DNA from: Oligoflexales bacterium
GTDB lineage: Bacteria; Bdellovibrionota_B; Oligoflexia; Oligoflexales; Bog-1112
Assembly (NCBI GenBank): GCA_045106415.1
Contig: JBGCEP010000073.1
Span: 1 to 34,283 of the forward strand
Length of the DNA stretch: 34,283 bases
Direction of reading: 5' to 3'
Shown piece by piece: positions 28,682-34,283 of this stretch. The translations under genes were made by a program, and so were the position numbers. The notes beneath the pieces were generated by a model, which saw only the letters and a list, made by a program, of their open reading frames with translations, was not told where the DNA came from and did no database searches. Every line of letters starts with the position of its first letter. The first letter of the stretch is position 1.

Positions 28682-31600
28682 TTAAAGATCTGTCACAGGT
28701 AAGTCATCACCCATTTCCGATCCATTATCACCAATTAAATGATTCGCATGACCCTGCCCTAATTGCCCAAAAACGTTGTATCCCCAACATTTTACCGTAT
28801 TATTATCAAGCTGAGCACATGTCGTGTAACGGCCTATTGAGACACTGACAGCTGTTCTATTTGTCCCAAGGTCCACTGCATTTAAATGATTTCCCATTTC
28901 AGTAGACCCATCTCCTATATTTGCGCTATGTTCTAACCCAAGCTCACCATACCCATTGCCACCCCAACATTTTAATTCTCCGTTATCAAGTAATGCACAA
29001 GTATTATCATATCCAGTTTCAATAAATGTTGCTGTTCTATTCGTTCCAAGGTCTATAACGGTTAGATTATCGCCCATTTCTGAGCCTCCATCCCCTAAAG
29101 AATTCGTATGACCTTGCCCAAGCTGGCCGGCAAAATTTGTTCCCCAACATTTAACCTGGTTATTATCAAGTAATGCACAGGCATAATCATATCCAGCAGA
29201 AATCTGTATAGCAGTTCTATTTGTCCCAAGATTAATCGCAGCAAGGTTGTCACCCATTTCTGAACTACCATCTCCTAAAGGGTTTGTATGTCCTTGACCA
29301 AGTTGGCCGGCAGCATTCTTTCCCCAGCACTTAACCTGATTATTATCAAGCCGCACACAACTAAAATACTCACCTAAACTCACTTCTAAAGCAGTCCTAT
29401 TTGTCCCAAGATCAATAACGCTTAAGTTATCACCCATCTCTGAAGCAGAATCTCCTAAATTAGAAATGTTACCTTGACCCAGCTGACCAAATTCATTACC
29501 ACCCCAACATTTAACTTGGTTATTATCGAGTCGTGCGCAGTTATGATAACGAGAAGAGTCTATTTCTAGCGCAGTTCTGTTTGTACCCAAGTCCACAGCA
29601 CTCAAGTTATCACCCATCTCCGAAGCATCGTCACCAATTGCATCAGTATGACCCTGTCCCGCACTACCAGAATAATTATAACCCCAACATTTAACTTGAT
29701 TATTATCAAGAAGCGCACAACTATCAAAATAACCTGAACTCATTCCTATAGCTGTTCTCCCTGTACCTAATTGAACGTGAGCAAGACCATCACCAGTTTC
29801 AGATGGAATATCTCCAAGATTCTCTACATCTCCTTGCCCAAGCTGGCCATACGGATTCCAGCCCCAGCATTTCATAGATCCATCTGTCAAGCGAGCACAG
29901 ACATGATAATTACCAACACTCAATCCCGCTGGAACAGGGTCATTCATTGCATTAAATCCATCTCCAGAAACGACAGAACTTACATTTCCCGCAAGATCTA
30001 CGCTTCTAATATTGGCATAATATGTTATGCCATCAACTAAAGATAACCCTGATAACACGCCACTTGTGACATTCCCCATGCTGGTCCAATCTTTTATATT
30101 CGTCGCGCTTGCAGAGGTTCCAACAGAAATTTCATAGCCACTGATACCTGAGCCTGCATCATGACTAACAGTCCAAGTCATAGTATTTGTCGCTAATAAA
30201 TTTTGAGTTTGCACTCCATCAACAAACGCTCCAGGATCTGAAGGCACAATATTATCATGAACAATAAAGTCACTGACACATGACGTCATGTTATCGGCTT
30301 CATCTTTATACTTAATATAAACAGCCGCTGTTGCGTTGGTTTGCTCTAGCATCCACCCTGTCTTTGTCGATGCATACGATTCCCAAGTTCCGCCAGACCC
30401 ACACCCTGAAGTATTAGTAATATACATATAGTCTGCATCGATAGCGTTTGGTGATAATGTGACAGTAGAGCTTGTCGTATAACTAGCACCACTAGATATT
30501 GCCAAACTAGGACTCGCTGGAACAACATCATCGTGAATAATAGTATCGTTTACACAATTTGTTTCATTACCTACAGTGTCTTTGTACTTAACGTAAACCG
30601 TAGCATTTGTATTTGTTTGAGCTAACGACCAATTAGATTTAGAAGTACTATAAGACTCCCAGGTTCCATTCGATGCGCACCCCGAAGTGTTAGTAATATA
30701 CATCTCAGAAGCACCAAAAGCTGCTAACGTTAAATCTGGCGCTGTATCCAAGGTTTCATGACCACCCGTGATTAATAAAGATGGTGATGTTGGAGGCTGA
30801 TCGTCGTGGATAATTGAATCATTTACACAGCTAGTTTCATTATGTGCAGAATCTCGAAATTTTATATACACGGTAGTTGCTGCATTTAATTGCCCTAAAG
30901 ACCAATTCGCTTTAGTTGTTGCATAAGTTTCCCATACACCACCTGAATCACAATTCGAAATATTTGTAATATACATTTCATCTGCATTATCTGCACTTAG
31001 TGACAAATTCACACTTGAAAATAATGTATCATTATCTCCTCCAGCTACTAAAACCGATGGATTTGTCGGCGCAGTAGCATCATGCACAATAGAATCATTC
31101 ATACAACTTGTTTCATTATTCGCCTCATCCCTAAACTTTACATATACTGTCGCTACTGCATTGAGTTGGGTTAGAGACCAATCTAACTTGGAAGCACTAT
31201 ATGACTCCCACACACCCGCGGCAGAGCACCCTGATGTATTTGTTATATACATCTCTGAAGCCCCAGAAGACGACAGCACAAGATCAGGCGTTGAATCTGA
31301 AGTATAATCACCACCGGAAATAACTAAAAGTGAGGATAGTGGAGATTGATCATCATGAACAATCGAATCACTTATACATATTGTTTCATTCCCAGATTCA
31401 TCCCGAAACTTTACATATACCTCCGTAGATGCATTTGAATGACCTAAACCCCAGTTTGTTTTTGAAGTACTATAGGCTTCCCAAACACCACCTACAGCAC
31501 ACCCTGTTGTATTTGTTATATACATTTCAGAAGCACCTGAAGATAAAAGCACTAAATCAGGTGCGGCATCAGAAGTATGAGTTCCACCTACGATCAACAG

Positions 31601-33271
31601 CGACGATGACGATGGGGATTGATCATCATGAATAATAGAATCATTGACACAATTGCTTTCATTATGTGCTTCATCCCGAAATTTGGCATAGACACCTAAA
31701 GAGCTATTTAAATGGCTTAAGCTCCAATTTAATTTGGAAGTATTATAAGATTCCCATACACCTCCCGCGGAACATCCAGATGTATTTGTTATATACATTT
31801 CGGAAGCGCCTAAAGCTGATAGCGTTAAGTCCGGAGTTGCATCTGATGTGTAGCTCCCTCCTAAAATCAATAAAGATATCGACGTAGGAGATTGGTTATC
31901 ATGAATAATTGAGTCACTCACACAATCCGTTATATTACCAGATTCGTCACGAAATTTTGCATACACCTCTGTAGCACTATTTACTCCTGATAAAAGCCAC
32001 TCCGCCCTCCTACTCTGATAAGGTTCCCATACACCATCTGCAGAACATCCAGGTGTATTTGTTATATACATCTCAGAAGCATCCTCAACAGAGCTAAAAA
32101 TAACCACACCATTCAAATTTGTGTACTCTGAAGAATCTTGAATAGAGATTGATTCAATCACAGGAGCTGTAAAATCAGCATTGTAATGAAAAGCTTCTTT
32201 TGAACAATGGCCTGCAGCGCCATATTTATTAATCACTTGAGAGTGTAGCTCATAAAGGCCTTCAGCTAAACTCAACTGGACAATGACTTCTCCGTCTACA
32301 GATGATTTTTGTGATGCTAAAGCCTCACCTAAGCAAGAGCTATTATCATACACAGAAACCATAGAGCCCTGGTCCACAGGAGACACAATGATTTCAGCAC
32401 TATTCCCTGTTAAATCTAGTGAATCACGAAGGGCCAAAGCTTTAGTGTTTTTAGGTCCTAATTGATATATTCCATACAGGTCTTCAGAAAGTATACAAAG
32501 TTCATTTTTTTCACTTTTTTCTACAACGTAATGAGTCACCGACTGATCGCTATGCATTTGAGATATTGAGCCAATGTCATCATTGCCTGCATATAAACAA
32601 ATTTTTCCTTTAACTTTTGGCTGAAGATCACTTTGAGAGTTCGTCTTTCCTGTCCATAAAATTTCTACTGATCCTGGTATTTCAGAATAATCTTTTAACT
32701 CTGTGGTAAGATAAATTTCTCCTAAAGCAGATTTTTTTGCTGATAAAATTTGAAAATATCCACGCTCAATTTTTTTAGAAACGGTATTTTGAGAAACTCC
32801 ATCAACTTCATCTATAACTTCGAAGCTACCTGAAGCAACTCGAGTTAATAAACACAATTCAGGACTAGAAACGACTCCACTTTCAATTGATAATTTATCA
32901 TCAAGATCAGACAATACCTTCATATCCTTTAAAAAGGGATCACCTTTTGTTTCAACACAAATTTGCATGTCTTGATGAGGGATAGCAACATCACCATTAA
33001 TATAAGTGCTTTTTATAGAAAACCCTTCTTTATTATCTTCCAGAGCAGATACTTTAGTGAGTGCAGCACCATCTGGAAAAGTTCCTTCAGGAACAATAAG
33101 ACTTCCATTTGAAGTAGTGACAGCCGAAGATTCTGTTGGCAAAATAATGACACTAGACTGTGAGGTCGAAGAAATATCAACAGCACCTAATTCTTTGGTT
33201 CTCGTCACTTCGACCGCACCCTCTTCGCATGAGATGGTTAAAGAGATAATTAACAATAAAATGAAACTCAT
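28682..33271 (-). CDS. Large surface lipoprotein: N-terminal domain, 7 Ig-like repeats, Fn3-like domain, C-terminal RCC1/BLIP-II-like 7-bladed propeller
   Basis: Start moved to MSFILLLIISLTISC (GGGAG RBS, lipobox-like Cys); repeats are directly visible in the translation. Confidence 0.88.
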   Translation of the reverse strand: MSFILLLIISLTISCEEGAVEVTRTKELGAVDISSTSQSSVIILPTESSAVTTSNGSLIVPEGTFPDGAALTKVSALEDNKEGFSIKSTYINGDVAIPHQDMQICVETKGDPFLKDMKVLSDLDDKLSIESGVVSSPELCLLTRVASGSFEVIDEVDGVSQNTVSKKIERGYFQILSAKKSALGEIYLTTELKDYSEIPGSVEILWTGKTNSQSDLQPKVKGKICLYAGNDDIGSISQMHSDQSVTHYVVEKSEKNELCILSEDLYGIYQLGPKNTKALALRDSLDLTGNSAEIIVSPVDQGSMVSVYDNSSCLGEALASQKSSVDGEVIVQLSLAEGLYELHSQVINKYGAAGHCSKEAFHYNADFTAPVIESISIQDSSEYTNLNGVVIFSSVEDASEMYITNTPGCSADGVWEPYQSRRAEWLLSGVNSATEVYAKFRDESGNITDCVSDSIIHDNQSPTSISLLILGGSYTSDATPDLTLSALGASEMYITNTSGCSAGGVWESYNTSKLNWSLSHLNSSLGVYAKFRDEAHNESNCVNDSIIHDDQSPSSSSLLIVGGTHTSDAAPDLVLLSSGASEMYITNTTGCAVGGVWEAYSTSKTNWGLGHSNASTEVYVKFRDESGNETICISDSIVHDDQSPLSSLLVISGGDYTSDSTPDLVLSSSGASEMYITNTSGCSAAGVWESYSASKLDWSLTQLNAVATVYVKFRDEANNETSCMNDSIVHDATAPTNPSVLVAGGDNDTLFSSVNLSLSADNADEMYITNISNCDSGGVWETYATTKANWSLGQLNAATTVYIKFRDSAHNETSCVNDSIIHDDQPPTSPSLLITGGHETLDTAPDLTLAAFGASEMYITNTSGCASNGTWESYSTSKSNWSLAQTNTNATVYVKYKDTVGNETNCVNDTIIHDDVVPASPSLAISSGASYTTSSTVTLSPNAIDADYMYITNTSGCGSGGTWESYASTKTGWMLEQTNATAAVYIKYKDEADNMTSCVSDFIVHDNIVPSDPGAFVDGVQTQNLLATNTMTWTVSHDAGSGISGYEISVGTSASATNIKDWTSMGNVTSGVLSGLSLVDGITYYANIRSVDLAGNVSSVVSGDGFNAMNDPVPAGLSVGNYHVCARLTDGSMKCWGWNPYGQLGQGDVENLGDIPSETGDGLAHVQLGTGRTAIGMSSGYFDSCALLDNNQVKCWGYNYSGSAGQGHTDAIGDDASEMGDNLSAVDLGTNRTALEIDSSRYHNCARLDNNQVKCWGGNEFGQLGQGNISNLGDSASEMGDNLSVIDLGTNRTALEVSLGEYFSCVRLDNNQVKCWGKNAAGQLGQGHTNPLGDGSSEMGDNLAAINLGTNRTAIQISAGYDYACALLDNNQVKCWGTNFAGQLGQGHTNSLGDGGSEMGDNLTVIDLGTNRTATFIETGYDNTCALLDNGELKCWGGNGYGELGLEHSANIGDGSTEMGNHLNAVDLGTNRTAVSVSIGRYTTCAQLDNNTVKCWGYNVFGQLGQGHANHLIGDNGSEMGDDLPVTDL
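28685..29925 (-). repeat. Seven 180-bp (60-aa) RCC1-like repeats
   Basis: KCWG codons recur at 28781, 28961, 29141, 29321, 29501, 29681 and 29861, exactly 180 bp apart. Confidence 0.95.
30254..32176 (-). repeat. Seven ~273-276-bp (91-92-aa) Ig-like repeats with two conserved Cys
   Basis: Consensus ASEMYITNTSGC..GG.WE.Y...K.NW.L...N....VY.KFRDE..NET.C..DSIIHD repeated 7 times. Confidence 0.93.
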
Positions 33272-33299
33272 ATATAGCTCCCTCTCTGTATGAGTGGTG

Positions 33300-33326
33300 T
33301 TATCGGTTTTTTTTAAGTAAAAATTA
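33300..33326 (-). promoter_or_regulatory. Sigma-28-like promoter for the large lipoprotein
   Basis: TAAT-N15-ACCGATAA, ~29 nt upstream of ATG 33271. Confidence 0.55.
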
Positions 33327-33573
33327 ATTTTTATATTGGAATGTCGTTTTTTCAAAAAAGATCTACTCCCAGCTCTGCAAAACATGAAACACGAATTACA
33401 CCAGAAAGTCATAATTCAAGAGTGTTACGCCAAAAAATTGTGGGTAAGGAGAGGTATGACGAGCTACCTTCGCTGTTAGAAAAAAACAACAAATAAAGGC
33501 CTTAATAATGCGATTATTTGTCTTCAAGATTTCAAAATGTGCCTGTATTTGATTGGAACTTAAAGGAAGAAGT

Positions 33574-33761
33574 ATGCTTCTAAGAAGATGAGTACTCCTA
33601 AGCTCGATTTCACAGTCCTGTGGTGATCCAGAACAAATGGAGGCAATGCATGTTGCAAAATCTGTCGAAAAGGCTGTGCTTGTGGCGACACCTGCCTATC
33701 TATCGGGTCATAGTGCTCTTAAAAAGTAGGCTGTGCGTGTAATACCAATCACAGAAAATAA
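33574..33761 (+). pseudogene. Broken small Cys-rich (CCKxCxxGxACGDxC...GCAC) protein gene
   Basis: 33633-33761 reads TNGGNACCKICRKGCACGDTCLSIGS*CS*KVGCACNTNHRK*. An upstream frame from 33574 reads MLLRR*VLLSSISQSCGD after an AAGGA RBS. Confidence 0.65.
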
Positions 33762-34283
33762 TTGAGGTTTTCTAAGCTCAATTGTGTGACAGTACACTTC
33801 ATGAAGTTGAATGAAATCAAATCGCAAATACAAGAGCTAGACTTCCTAGGTAGCTACCGGCCTGAGAAAGCCCCTAGGATAAAGATCAAGTTACTTGCTC
33901 TGCATCATCTACAGTCAGGAAAATCTTTAAAAGACGTTGCAGAAATTGTTCTTTATGATGAAAGAACCGTTCGTACATGGATTCAAAGGTTTATCATGTA
34001 TGACTACGAAGGTCTTCTTGAAAAAGAAGGCAGAGGTCGTCATCCTAGGCTGCTTCCAGGAGAGGAAGAAAACTTCAAGATTACGTTAGATGAGCTTCAA
34101 GATCAATGCCGCGGTGGGCGGAAAACGGCATATGACATACAAGCTCTTTTGCTGGAAAAATTTGACTGTAATTATTCCATATCTGGTGTTTATGCACTTA
34201 TAGATCGCCTTAATATTGTTTGGATACCTGGGCGCTCAAAACATCCTAAGAATAGCGACGAAGCGATAAATACCTTCAAAGAG
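33742..34283 (+). mobile_element. IS630-family insertion sequence (left part)
   Basis: Contains an IS630-type transposase N-terminus. Putative left end ATACCAATCAC follows a TA dinucleotide (33740-33741), the IS630 target. Boundary tentative. Confidence 0.7.
33801..34283 (+). CDS. IS630-family transposase, N-terminal HTH part (truncated by window end; absent from ORF track)
   Basis: Open 161 codons MKLNEIK..KLLALHHLQSGKSLKDVAEIV..RTVRTWIQRF...EGLLEKEGRGRHPRL...GGR..AYDIQ..LLEKF.CNYS.SGVYALIDRLNIVWI.GRSKHPK. Confidence 0.9.
   Translation, partial: MKLNEIKSQIQELDFLGSYRPEKAPRIKIKLLALHHLQSGKSLKDVAEIVLYDERTVRTWIQRFIMYDYEGLLEKEGRGRHPRLLPGEEENFKITLDELQDQCRGGRKTAYDIQALLLEKFDCNYSISGVYALIDRLNIVWIPGRSKHPKNSDEAINTFKE

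Noticed and set aside
28685..32176. Repeats as a CRISPR array or DGR template/variable pair
   Set aside because: They are in-frame coding repeats with no spacer structure, no evident adenine-only mismatch pattern, and no cas or reverse transcriptase gene in the window.
1738..33293. Many 60-130-aa antisense or alternate-frame ORFs nested in long genes
   Set aside because: Shadow ORFs of well-supported genes, without motifs.
33272..33412. 47-codon N-terminal extension of the large lipoprotein in the ORF track
   Set aside because: RBS, signal peptide and promoter all favour ATG 33271.
1..34283. Genome-wide TAA/TAG recoding
   Set aside because: TAA and TAG end many genes at family-typical C-termini (etfB, etfA, icmF, aroB), and the internal stops fall at differing expected residues.

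Overview
Bacterial chromosomal window of moderately low GC (judged by eye). The gene content and sigma-28-like promoters suggest a Bdellovibrionota/Oligoflexia-like diderm; this is inference. Left ~20 kb, mostly core genes: histidine kinase 3' end, two receiver proteins, tRNA-Asn(GTT), aroB with an unexplained N-terminal extension, icmF, an envelope cluster (murJ, a class A PBP lacking all transpeptidase motifs, bamD, TonB-like protein, MltD-like lytic transglycosylase), a ZIP-like transporter, a class V aminotransferase, etfBA, an MsbA-like exporter and an Rmd-like reductase. Right ~14 kb, more AT-rich and accessory-looking: a four-gene block of putative ribosome/translation-modifying enzymes (RlmM-like methyltransferase, OsmC-YcaO fusion split by one in-frame TAA, RoxA, a second 2OG-Fe(II) oxygenase), a decayed VOC/glyoxalase gene, a DEDDh exonuclease, a ~1530-aa surface lipoprotein (7 Ig-like repeats, Fn3-like domain, 7-bladed RCC1/BLIP-II-like propeller), a broken Cys-rich mini-protein and an IS630 transposase cut by the window end. 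No CRISPR array, reverse transcriptase, integrase or rRNA was seen.
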